DNA from: a virus
Taxonomy: Duplodnaviria > Caudoviricetes
DNA length: 64,000 nucleotides
IMG/VR virus record: IMGVR_UViG_3300034019_000517
Span: 2,056-66,055 of that record
Strand: one strand, 5' to 3'
Below are positions 37,501-42,092 of this stretch, piece after piece (the stretch's first letter is position 1; each line of letters starts with the position of its first letter). The position numbers and the translations under genes are program-made. Under the pieces are notes generated by a model. That model searched no databases, was not told the origin of the DNA, and was given only the letters and a program-made list of their open reading frames with translations.

Positions 37501-39572
37501 TCTTGTTTAGCATCTAAAGCTTTTAAAAGACGTTCTGCTTCTTTATTTGCATTGCTGAAAATGTATTCAATACGTCCTTTTACATAATCTTTAAAAGCTA
37601 CATTCGGAACTACTTCAACTCCGTTTACAAAGTGTGGAGGAATTTCTCCGTATTTATTAGCAAAACGTTGTCTAACAATAGGATCGCTTAAATCTGCTTC
37701 CTCTAGTTCTTTAAGCTTACGTTCTTCTTGTTCTAGTAAAGATTTTTGTGCTTGTAGCTTAGTTCCTAATTCTCGTAAATCTTTTAGCTCTTTAGAATCA
37801 ATCCCACGAGCCCGCATGCTTTTAAAGTTCTCATTTCTAATACGTTCTAGCTCTTCTGTAAAAGCCAACATAGTAGTTTCTAAACTGTATTTATTTAGAA
37901 ATAAGCGAAATGCTTCATTTCCATAACCTGCAAGGTTAGAGTTTAAATCAGCAAGATCATACTTATCCATAATATCTACATACTTCTTAGATAAGAACTT
38001 TATGTCTTTAGCCTTCTGTGCGGCTATTTTCTTGTAGTATAAGTAAGATTTAGGATCAATATCAAACCCAGCAGCTTTAGCTTCTTCTGGAGACATATTT
38101 GCAATGTCTTCAAACTCCTGTGCTAATACCTCTTGATGTCCATTTACAAAAGAGTCAAACGCTACTACATTAAATAAATCCTGTGTAGCTTGTTCATACT
38201 CTGGGGTATTCTTAGCCTCTTGCATCCTGGTTTGAGCGTCTTGCATCTTTTGAAGCTTATTGATTAAATACTCACGTCCTTTATTAAAACGTGTTGTATT
38301 CTCTTCAAAATGACTTAAGAATGCCTTAGGATTCATGGCTCCTAATACTGTTTGTTGACCAACACCACCAATTGCACCCAAGGCGGCTGCTAAGTGTGTT
38401 TCATCTTCTCCCAATGTACGTAATACTCTATCTAAAAAACTTAGTTGCTGTTCGCCCTCGGTAAGAGTACCTGCGGACTTTTTACCTTGATATTCTCCTT
38501 CTCTTTGAGCAATCTGGGTATTTACTTCTTCCCATGCTTCTAACCCACTTTCACGTAACATCATAGATGCTATCTGTCTTCCTGTACCTGGGGTATCTAT
38601 ACTTTTAAGATACTCCATATAATCAGTACGGTTCATGCCTGCAGGACGACGTAACTTAGGATCTATTTTATTATATGCTCCTTTTACTTTAAACAACGGA
38701 GCAATACCTGTAAAATTTAAAGCAGTATTAAACGAAGTAGAAAGTCTTACAGTAGTGGCTGCAGCTTCTGCTGCTTTTTTCTCTGCATCGTGTGCAGTTA
38801 GTTCACCGGATTTAACTTTAGCTTGTAATTCTTTAAGTGTACTCTTATATACATCAGCGCCGGCCATTGCTCCTTCTACATATGCTAATTCTGCAGCAGT
38901 AAAAGTTTGAGCACCTGCAGTTAATGCATTTCGCATAGACTTACCAGCTTTTAAAAATGAAGCCAATGCTCCAGCAGTGCCTTTAGTTAAGGCACCTACT
39001 CCCATACCAGTTATTGCAAACTCTCCAATAGATTCAATCAAGTCAGACCCATGAGAAATCCACCACGCATTATCTCCTAAGTCATATACTTCATTTGGGT
39101 TCTCCCTATAAATAGGAAACTGTTCTCTTAACGATTGACGTTGTTCTTGAGCCCATTCAGTAATTTTGTTATTGTAGTCGTTTCCAACTCCAGAGATGGT
39201 TTGAGCTTTTGCTTCTAAATCACCTAAGAATCCTAAGTTTTCTACAAGTCCTACTCCTATCCCACCTAGTACATTAGGTACGGCATACGATAGTTGTTCC
39301 CCTGTTGTCTGTGCTATCGCTCTTGTTTTATCAAGGGCCTTTATACCACCTATAGGTACAAAAACATTATTCAGATAGCTTTTATAGTCATCAGGATTAA
39401 ACCCTTCAAAAATGTTCGAATTTCGTACAATAGAAGACACACGTTCGCCCTCAGTACCCATTAAAGAGTTGAGAGGGCGAATAGTTGGTTTTTCTAAAGG
39501 TATTGAACTGGGGGTAGTAACGTTTGGGCTTAATGATTGTCTAGGAAGGATGCGTGGTTTGGGTTGATCCAT
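19539..39572 (-). CDS. Giant (6,677 aa) virion polyprotein: crAss-type virion RNA polymerase, zincin metallopeptidase, RecD-like SF1 helicase and accessory domains
   Basis: RIPNQGHSSM...QMGADFDVDKLY (two-barrel RNAP catalytic DxDxD, ~27,510-27,540); VFHELFHG...HEFI (~24,630-24,990); GYAGTGKTT, IIDEYSMV, IGDPAQLPP, YATTAHKVQG, YTAFTR (~22,930-24,330); located at the end of the structural arm as in crAss-like phages. Confidence 0.92.
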   Translation of the reverse strand: MDQPKPRILPRQSLSPNVTTPSSIPLEKPTIRPLNSLMGTEGERVSSIVRNSNIFEGFNPDDYKSYLNNVFVPIGGIKALDKTRAIAQTTGEQLSYAVPNVLGGIGVGLVENLGFLGDLEAKAQTISGVGNDYNNKITEWAQEQRQSLREQFPIYRENPNEVYDLGDNAWWISHGSDLIESIGEFAITGMGVGALTKGTAGALASFLKAGKSMRNALTAGAQTFTAAELAYVEGAMAGADVYKSTLKELQAKVKSGELTAHDAEKKAAEAAATTVRLSTSFNTALNFTGIAPLFKVKGAYNKIDPKLRRPAGMNRTDYMEYLKSIDTPGTGRQIASMMLRESGLEAWEEVNTQIAQREGEYQGKKSAGTLTEGEQQLSFLDRVLRTLGEDETHLAAALGAIGGVGQQTVLGAMNPKAFLSHFEENTTRFNKGREYLINKLQKMQDAQTRMQEAKNTPEYEQATQDLFNVVAFDSFVNGHQEVLAQEFEDIANMSPEEAKAAGFDIDPKSYLYYKKIAAQKAKDIKFLSKKYVDIMDKYDLADLNSNLAGYGNEAFRLFLNKYSLETTMLAFTEELERIRNENFKSMRARGIDSKELKDLRELGTKLQAQKSLLEQEERKLKELEEADLSDPIVRQRFANKYGEIPPHFVNGVEVVPNVAFKDYVKGRIEYIFSNANKEAERLLKALDAKQEEAKKIHGVGLTAEQYNELIKESVFEEQEVQDYENKLAELRHSYNTANSAYTKHLSKEGREEYIETILGWRKLQEEAAKKAKEAADAAEAKRKAEEEIANAKNATTSTQEEPKPETPQDSATTETPVEDTDEEKGKTDTDTTTPGDPTVTGSAEINTSNEPDPDTVDMTSYMFDEIVSNKLQEDGAYEENGNILFVGEKLVPAATALAYLSRAWKFVKGTVNKRGKIPIYKVSDSDTKHPGLFKLIESSIFFQKGDTVTLAIDTEYNVVNSQGVRETYNDLKNEVGRIPIKIMDEEGNKIGYLHDVTWILQQVTNPDGTVSYANVADEDPGHPKKQAELALALRKWLLANMDNLPEFSIKFKSIGKLYQTKTPDILATRVTNHSEYEIVIYKAGVPFLGPSTSSTKNIVTDGSKIFDGTPAIVLPTPVEGKFAAVPFVTTTLEKTKNGAVLDTIQYALNAHLTNDKAVQKEVYKLTSHDISTLAGLRDFIGEYMSVSRMSGESFQDLLNGDNIPGNRFYMNITEGGIYIGRKGTKAQKLTAASISDPSFIKTLFGSKPLQIQLGRLQSKDPYSFIYLHNGELKVQKYGSYRNFIVNNSLTKVKETYISETQEYNFFDQPVITFDFVEVIGDQLTKTAIKTTPAPVESTPTNVPTQSSQVESTPIPTNQRKRDSFPETQSNTRTAVTQALLDYFAEVNGIPKFTEDLTKGTYISWLQNNGDGKLGDEISSTLNAPRKAFDLIAAYEESITKLKSKSSVQPNISAIEAKLKEIEDSRQEELNTDRISTKTRTNRKGLNVGDKFNTGYKAIVESNDIPLATLSKEEFDKLSKKEQEEYNNNPYEVVVEVLQETKFDSNDKMIQAPIVRTASFKNKEQADNWLKERKEKLEQANKNYLNKINAKYDALRNAELAKQSQSSSLDIEAKKADIEKRKQELGLQKVLNIYPPDQSGGYRIKIKGDKYEVLVQFTGKKWDIFPKQKNGEFQATDPETGNALIINKEQGRKSVEKYLPKELIDLIEQAESIKGIENQEKFEQGKIKEYVDLFRKEWLQERIPIEKELLEFYQSDKFDREKESKERVIKAQQKIIAKYDAELAALESQQPTETKPEPDSITNPNDLFDSLKDASDMDMEFMFDPIDAIEQSLNTRENKIDFRLRALNLLMSPKGVQVFNKGAKNNWSLDKILTELEVPKEQKNILLNLGTTDREQLITELLLNYNFVVDINTSAQTYSYDSTDPEYDSEGEIIPKGAPTQYYANMAAPGGTNYREREFRTPLIMPSIKGHAQFSTNNGIGWVRVDDKLEKTGNQLPLGGQLQTDDFDGFIGSTTIEDYLDGYFYHLTEYEGKTNEEANQLVEQQRKEFETATRDERVAGKTLRVQEIQSDLFQKGRNKTELVSEVQGLEVPDPHNFDSQEDYDKAYLAYLNETQDYTKENQFLQLLNTDNNWVGFFIRSIIQDAVKQGYEKILFPSGNTASKIEGHTTLEEFKKQKETRLKQLEQELQTNIEKQSVASFEEITVKDFSIKNDKGERVDYSKRGGVWAKQKITNEGEFKVARPTNEDVLNAYKENLQFLTSNENINTEITQIKAELARIEGPEGFGALKPIYNFYENQVKRVLEKQGYNPKPITDEYGNTWNEVVLNKDRDLKYIELLPDSNSQDTTDSFVNHSGGAVGADSMFDAIGRTFGFNNHNHYWSNNKTPLGNKELTNEQLAEGISHAKEAAKVLGRPWVDKYANLLGRNWFQVKNSTQVIAIAPIVYPNEINSKGYKVNAKRTTVDGGTGYAVEMAIANGKEVNVFDTKTNQWYKWNGTTFEKSTVPILHKNFAGIGSRQDNGKMTPESIQAIKDVYSLTKASLSKSTNQPKSTSQPLITWARTDANSYEVSSAGDKRFSALFAKLKDGRTIEEAYQLDVKGYRAQGNDWKLGKGKAPLRSITKEQSWTEYKALWALYLDENPDLETDLRTKAAGKVLTDKFANTDISQARALAELLNERQPKPVDKTPVAPSTPSTSALTLTSEQEVKLTKSVENLYIVDSKTKLPIKGYKQKAIIDGILANVFRLQEQGKTVTEIFDLTFEVYANSKKRWDLLTSGQIDFTKPEVVTRYKAIGIDSLTASPEVLKDAAADMAEEYDLVLRNWKAFVLNTKEELTAIGITMKKGKFNMSTHSEVLTEGELKELEDDFQYEGSSYERVKFNDGAHFEIDQRSTASGKLKLFLRTVVDAEYKPDGTIHKLKNHLGLNVLVPVDIVFNELLSALQGKPHDFASMLLILKTEHALNPRLQQVVEKLEKLDSESLRNQFVTTFSNALAEFLTVKYITRSEGKGSTKTKKTQITPLETNRIGLDRRILSIWIENQKLLPLVRFTAEGAIINQDEVARYNEGLARLASNPNKTNAEINEVLEIIGISLSHESIDHLRKNSVKELNTSFEALFTKGLFSYIGRSMQGLSYIDGEDTEVDANEDQSFTENNPLINDSAFKKLAQIEQRFTKNIYPTSSRGGDGKTKQSFTKPTYLSHTLRRLKDNDKTLIKQLEADPFSKNSIYLARLKESEKFRTSVFKVFYADTIKKQKSSRPGIVRQEMTDIDMEVWVLGLFQNRNQLFDTKGATGKDQRVCYIPWLTISDKTTTPILKTIREELAYVIEDNELSFINETKATIVKLIQAEAHRITEYQKNRHKITPENKINGYDDGGAELFHFFPFLNKDQLENTDGIWSGDDLTLTPAGMEKAVKLVSEHIKTTALKTVERWTQMGIVNLQTKEVFMDASYLNNIPKIQAVSLANKVLYAALDIEFNSIVAYMNMAQLVSGDPALHHKPLKKPSDRNKPSKERIAAAVIEYQKRLAKDIAPGLDGNFDPNERIKYIILKDNVVASYQLAEYTEALGAASGYDKINTTDAQEVTTLAEHLHVMHKYGQLTDEEYKNFKDRIDNAKANKEDVILTPEELTLVMSAVKPVYVESVFDSERSIRRMHYIKSSSFPLIPQLIKNTETKKLLDAMIAAGVDRAAYVSASKLGIMKVTEIHNPDGTVKDNLDLSNSIIELPRSGFRIQQENPYDPDKQKIVTVSQMNKLLFEGILNMSKFVLPGQKENYVGHELKALKEGIKQRLMSMGADKLFDDLGVVNDEGVLRIQDITKLQKALVEEAKGRKYPINDIMSLQLNADKTGFIIPLGFNASAAKLESMLMSLITNRILHQKMKGLSYVQGSAGIGLQGMKEWNELEAADQSSIIFVEGFDFSKGLQYVRNNHNKTKLLGAQVLVPSFFRDDNGNLVDVSLLTKKLPDGRTVLDPEKVPAELLTMVGARIPNQGHSSMLPMEVVGFLPESMGNLIIVPNGITTQMGADFDVDKLYVYQYHHTYKDGKFSKVTSAAVTNKTTVVGEDPKELQNLYVDIHLSVLTNPKMLSRIVEPLDQPFLQDLAKEVSEIQQDTESGGFFTRRGQQVGFISNRYGKKGVAVMSLASTFNAIIQDKNMYLKAGDSKRYFRFKGPAGELLMSNISGVGTVEYNGVTIRKQQIISAIQSAAVDNAKDQLLDKLNLNSDTFKVAIVLALLETDNGTILSPDYIAYFLTQPVVKEFLDELQKLRSTVIRSETSNFENEAFYRVTKRWIEKLSNGVVDSDGMENKSFSPQELKDMLVLENPTDEQITNQLKVLALFSELSAYGDELSRIQSVINTDSKGAGQDLFDAVYRNGLVDTVLDNPLIANSKALIYNTDPVTEIDTETEIGTALRLGPRLALSLFNPLFFYETPFFKSLSRVYQFNTGEPHVNSDKLRLLARAYKSYGFSKTIPNVNAVRTQLLFGDQSLAKRLHQAKTTEWGKRNILLQRLNPKFAGKLNDIDTVSYYAATSTNIDESDNIKAFVDLLVSNDPIQKELALDLVTYLIVTGGVQNALNFLKYAPVQVLIETGVVAKLKEFENTEDDPQVLLKQFFQHNPEEAIQLDVNITNQVSLVTADQSVIRLTNPEKDTFPKSADRLKLTIPGVQGTVVPTYLSVRNLQNNTWILYERQGVDVNNDIIYKRIPVLGNSFISEYDGNLTLTDYQPSLLADNPKVNIPQSLVPVVKIAAPTKTTDDTLNPNPESPAGSTNVLLTFDNKPKLKFIPDLAEQETLESALPKIFSEIESKIPTPSNMLLIETMEFFKDIFAKKTTFSTINNPEFISTASWGLYTSTNEVKMDIFINEPKIRSLEHYAESVFHELFHGLSSIKLYQYEFEHKKGRGFFRSKRDKVFKEYLESLPPLSEYDKKLIRNLYTLMDIARQKLLKDPKYAKVTKLIMEAEIQRDSETGTPKFPTDEPYFKTVYPLFNIHEFITGVMTNEDFQKVLAEMPFNSTQTLWERIVELFTKYIETIAAKLGKNIDNTVLYSSIHDILSLIDKKDSTEMGPGKKTAPVGPPVNDSPVVEAPKHVVKLESGKQITLNVQQVEALSIINVFLDKVIPSDATPDQRTFVLKGYAGTGKTTIIKEVLKGRRKKIAVSAISHAATNKVKQTTQFPGTTLASILGLAPDYKADEFDIDNIKFDAKNPPLLPKLDILIIDEYSMVNKDLLKFLLLEMKKHTNLKIIFIGDPAQLPPPGEDESPVSYILPNSYQLTIVERQNNSNPILDVVTAIRNDLESTKDAFTHATMVNPNTEEGIVFFNSDTETDRQAWEDTLMAAFSSEEFQSNPLHAKVIAFTNPKVEQYNKWLRKKLRPTDPYLVSVGEVLFTYASFKKGYDVVMPNSSYQRINYVKPDTHHTGLTGYTVMFEDVNKKFFVLDYTKPDNIVMYSELLEEARANAKLTKNWDAFWDLHGSIIILTDTVLRTKNNTTKTLTRNMDYSYATTAHKVQGQDITHVFVDENNLEKMKKNVVVNGKVTTRLETDYKTINRAKYTAFTRTTKKVYSLSSKTTEHDNQFKDSEFAISSNQDSTYKEIIGRIRTRIHQLKKSALKDQKNAAVYELEITRLEAEINNLNKTPTIAEILEAVGRSLTWVENMLNRSHLTDSQLQQIIETLDAWKNIRTALFNLDIETPNDEFARTLDLLENRITANEIKWEKIARTLVANRITNETSANMPPSGLKQLKDISTGAAYGLDASRQGNPVTSFLAKVLQSTARDANYKSAALLKEIEDKRTWFMGTEGYRKHKFEVFLQRHEGEWTGNMVTLESVQWHKDVSALKRSVAFAAGSNKLHKVKGKIAQFRRFANTEAIIIDIYKLYDAAQKDEYLKYLEQEVGPERATELVAQAKSKVEHYWKQLASIKLNLDIQQTLDSSFTDSMKSEALLQWKERNSPFAAFDEIMNDQVSDIMHDRKNYSRLVIAPRNSANTKYFDSNWTTIQNDPDLKEFYNWYRDKLSMFMDLIPAHLKHKNRIYDNFLPKVRKDLLKSFLEGGTKIGMQHLKSEAIFGLGTAPITGSALTIGDRTVEEVPFNYLNPITKKVVVENRLVSGVDSKHVQEVNAADEMQSKDLFDILGLFGHMAYNYQHKSVVEDISLLTKRVVENAAEVVVDAGGKNIYDKTKKKFFTKSKGLENLNKSLQYLIDASLYGNRNVEIGQTNQKLFADPEMKKLHEAIVRELVELEQSKDSMSLADYLEKKEELEEQMKTLDYRLYTHSKALRQLMQVTQLKGMGYNIFSAFSNIGFGVMANFIHANGRRDFDNSSMMKAWTIMLHASGKSVQDNTGIPLTSDVAKKVAALMDKFDVLFEVNEAAYNKSSKRRTWFSKWAPYELQKRSEYFVQGMTMVAMLLHEKVTDVNGKERTLFEAFNADGEWNATEFGLNENWSGDIDTEMKDFKAFRNKMIQLIKRIHGNYDPNSPILIKKTILGQMLMQFRSWMPEGIASRFEKEDMDEQLGRVVRGRWATYGDIGALRSLFTLGRQLLYMNDPDKAFELIRKSAAEGGEFNVDTAIENMRKNLSELAFLALLTAFMWGLKYAFEDDEDEVTKAAYHMMMNQFSRVAADLYFYINPSTFEQIIKNPLPVFRTVIDFVEAFDTTQEELFTEDTDWEKVQRNTYKAFPIVNNVNKWKTQADSILE
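34213..35215 (-). repeat. Two tandem protein modules bracketed by repeated helical caps (IEAK...RQEEL/RKQEL and KI[N/I]AKYDA...ELA)
   Basis: IEAKLKEIEDSRQEEL (~35,166-35,215) to KINAKYDALRNAELAK (~34,771-34,820); DIEAKKADIEKRKQEL (~34,701-34,750) to KIIAKYDAELAALES (~34,213-34,258); the interiors are unrelated. Confidence 0.75.
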
Positions 39573-39573
39573 T

Positions 39574-42087
39574 TTATTGGGGCTTTAAAGAGTAGTAACG
39601 TAAAGACGCTTGTTCTTCTGCAAATTTAGTAGCTTTTTCTGATTCTACACCAGATTCCATCAATTGCTTTTTAACTTGCTGATAAGTTTCATGAAATGCT
39701 TGAGTAGCTTGTAGTTCTAACACCAGTTGTTCTTGGGAACCTATAATTAAAGGTTTTACTTCTTCTTTACCATTTACAACTACGGTTTGTGTTAAATAAG
39801 GTTCTCCATTGCTATCAACTACTTTCCATGCTTTTTTAGCTCCGGGCACAGTAGGTTCAGGTACAACCTTTAACATTTGGTTATTATATTTACTTCTAAC
39901 AGCCATAGTAAAAGGAGCATTAATTGTTTCTAATGGTCTACCTCCCAATACTTTACCGTATTGATAATTAGCATTAGCTACAACTCCTAAACGATGTTTA
40001 TCCTGGTCTGTAGAATTCATTAATTCATCTGCTACTACTTTTAAATCTGCATTTCCTCTAGGGCCTTTACTAACTCTAAAAGTTTTTACAGGAACTTCTG
40101 TAGTACCGGTTTTTCCTTTAGTTCCGTATCCATATACAGTAAGTTCATATACTGGGTCGCCATTCAAATCTAAAGCATCAGGTACAATTACCATATTAAA
40201 CCCAGTTGCTAATGTTTCGTCATTAGCTATGTTAAATGGACTCTTTGTTCCTTCAGTTAATATGTCGTCCAGATCTTCAGCAAGAATGTCTGTAATAGGC
40301 ATTCCAGTTAATGCATCACTCCATCCTAATCCTTTAGTAGCTGCAAAATCTAGGGTTACGTTTTTATTCTGTATACCAATTGGTGTAGCTGAAGGGCCTG
40401 AATCAGGAGCATGAACTGCTGTTCCTTGATGCGCAATAGGATTTTGTTCAACATATTTTACTACTTTACGATTTCTATTTTCGTATGCTTGTTCAATTTG
40501 AGTTGGAGCCCTATTACCAATTTCTCCATATCCTAGGATTTCAGTATTATACAATCCTAAAACTTTTCGTTTGTCCTCTTTACTAGTCAGTCGTCCCATT
40601 AAAAGTTGACGTTGTAAGTCACCTAAATGTACATATAAGTTAGAACGTTCTTCTTTTTCTCTGGCTGTTAAACTATTTGCTTCATTTTGACCTGCAGGGC
40701 CTACATAAATAAAACCATCTGTATCACTTTCACCCCAAAGTTTTGCTAGCATAAATGCCATAGCTTTAGGACTATTAACATCTTCAATACCATTTTCTTC
40801 AAAATGTTTAATTACACTTTGATCTTGTTTACTTAAAGTTGGGTCTACTTCTTGTTGAAGTGCTTCCATGGTAGCTTTGGTATTATTATAAATAGATTGA
40901 GCATTTAAGTGCTCGGCTTTCATTTCTAATAACACATCTTCACTATACTTAGGAGTGCCATCTGGGTTTTTAGCTTCAATGGCTGCTTTATAATCTCCTT
41001 CGAGTTTTTGTAAGTTTTGAGAAGCTTCAGTCAATACAGTTTGGTAGTCTTCTAAGTGTTGTGTACTAATATCTACTCCTAGAGAAGGACGTAGTATATT
41101 ATTTAAACCTTGAGTTATTCTATCTGCTTGTGCTTCGTACTGTATCTTTAATTCTTCATTGGTTCTTACTTTAATATCAGAATCATAGTCTTGATATGAA
41201 CCTTGTTCTGCAGTACCTAGTAGTGCTTGTTCAAAGGGAGAAGCTACGTGTTTTCTAGATATTGGATTACCTTTTTTATCTAAATTGTATACTGGGTTTC
41301 CTTCTTCATCATATTCAAATATATTTCCCCAGTTTTGTCCAGGCTTACCTGCTAACATCCATTCCGCTTCTAAAGACCTACGTAGTTCAGTATCTCCTGC
41401 AGCTTTTTCTGATAAACTATCATAAATCTTTTGTGCAGATATTCCAGTAATCATGTTTTTCTTCATGGCAGTTTCAAGTCCATTTAATTGAATGGCTTGT
41501 TTTTCTGCAGCACTAAGTCCACTATACCAACTTTGAGTTTCAGGTTTTATCCGTGCTAATTCTTCTCCTAACCAAGTACGTGTACTGATATAATTAGGAA
41601 GTAGTTCTCCATGAAATTGATTGTAGTTTTCAGTAGATGGATCAAATTCTGTTCCCTCAAAACCTTTTATTTGTTCTTGAATGAACTGATCTGCTCGTTG
41701 TGGGTCCCATTTTGCATCAATAAACAAATCTTTGTTTTTTAGATACTCTTGCGCAGCTTGATAATTAGAAGCATAAGCATGCAGAGATCCTCTAGTGAGT
41801 TCTTTTTGAGCTTGTTTTTTTAACAACATGGCCTTTGGTAAAGCTCCCATAGGATCTGACTTAAACATAGGATTAAGTTCAGCTATTTTAGCTTCCATCT
41901 CTGCAATCTTTGCATTACGTTTTTCTCTGTCTTGAGGTAAAACTGGAACATTGTATTGATCAAGAATTTCCTGAGACAGTTGTTCTGCAGCAAGTTCATT
42001 TTGTTTGAACTGTTGACCAACTTGAAAAAGTCCTTCTAAAGGAAGCGGTATGAATCTCGATTCTACTGGTTTATCGTAAACGTTCAT
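39574..42087 (-). CDS. Putative virion cargo (ejected) protein
   Basis: 837 aa, directly upstream of the RNAP polyprotein; N-terminal FIPLPLE motif and helical N-domain as in crAss-like RNAP-associated cargo proteins. Confidence 0.65.
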   Translation of the reverse strand: MNVYDKPVESRFIPLPLEGLFQVGQQFKQNELAAEQLSQEILDQYNVPVLPQDREKRNAKIAEMEAKIAELNPMFKSDPMGALPKAMLLKKQAQKELTRGSLHAYASNYQAAQEYLKNKDLFIDAKWDPQRADQFIQEQIKGFEGTEFDPSTENYNQFHGELLPNYISTRTWLGEELARIKPETQSWYSGLSAAEKQAIQLNGLETAMKKNMITGISAQKIYDSLSEKAAGDTELRRSLEAEWMLAGKPGQNWGNIFEYDEEGNPVYNLDKKGNPISRKHVASPFEQALLGTAEQGSYQDYDSDIKVRTNEELKIQYEAQADRITQGLNNILRPSLGVDISTQHLEDYQTVLTEASQNLQKLEGDYKAAIEAKNPDGTPKYSEDVLLEMKAEHLNAQSIYNNTKATMEALQQEVDPTLSKQDQSVIKHFEENGIEDVNSPKAMAFMLAKLWGESDTDGFIYVGPAGQNEANSLTAREKEERSNLYVHLGDLQRQLLMGRLTSKEDKRKVLGLYNTEILGYGEIGNRAPTQIEQAYENRNRKVVKYVEQNPIAHQGTAVHAPDSGPSATPIGIQNKNVTLDFAATKGLGWSDALTGMPITDILAEDLDDILTEGTKSPFNIANDETLATGFNMVIVPDALDLNGDPVYELTVYGYGTKGKTGTTEVPVKTFRVSKGPRGNADLKVVADELMNSTDQDKHRLGVVANANYQYGKVLGGRPLETINAPFTMAVRSKYNNQMLKVVPEPTVPGAKKAWKVVDSNGEPYLTQTVVVNGKEEVKPLIIGSQEQLVLELQATQAFHETYQQVKKQLMESGVESEKATKFAEEQASLRYYSLKPQ

Positions 42088-42092
42088 TGTTC

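Noticed and set aside
19539-39572. Inteins or self-splicing introns in the RNAP polyprotein, PolA or helicases
   Set aside because: No C...HN-[CST] intein ends or LAGLIDADG/HNH motifs recognised and the genes are not split; the inserts look like ordinary domains.
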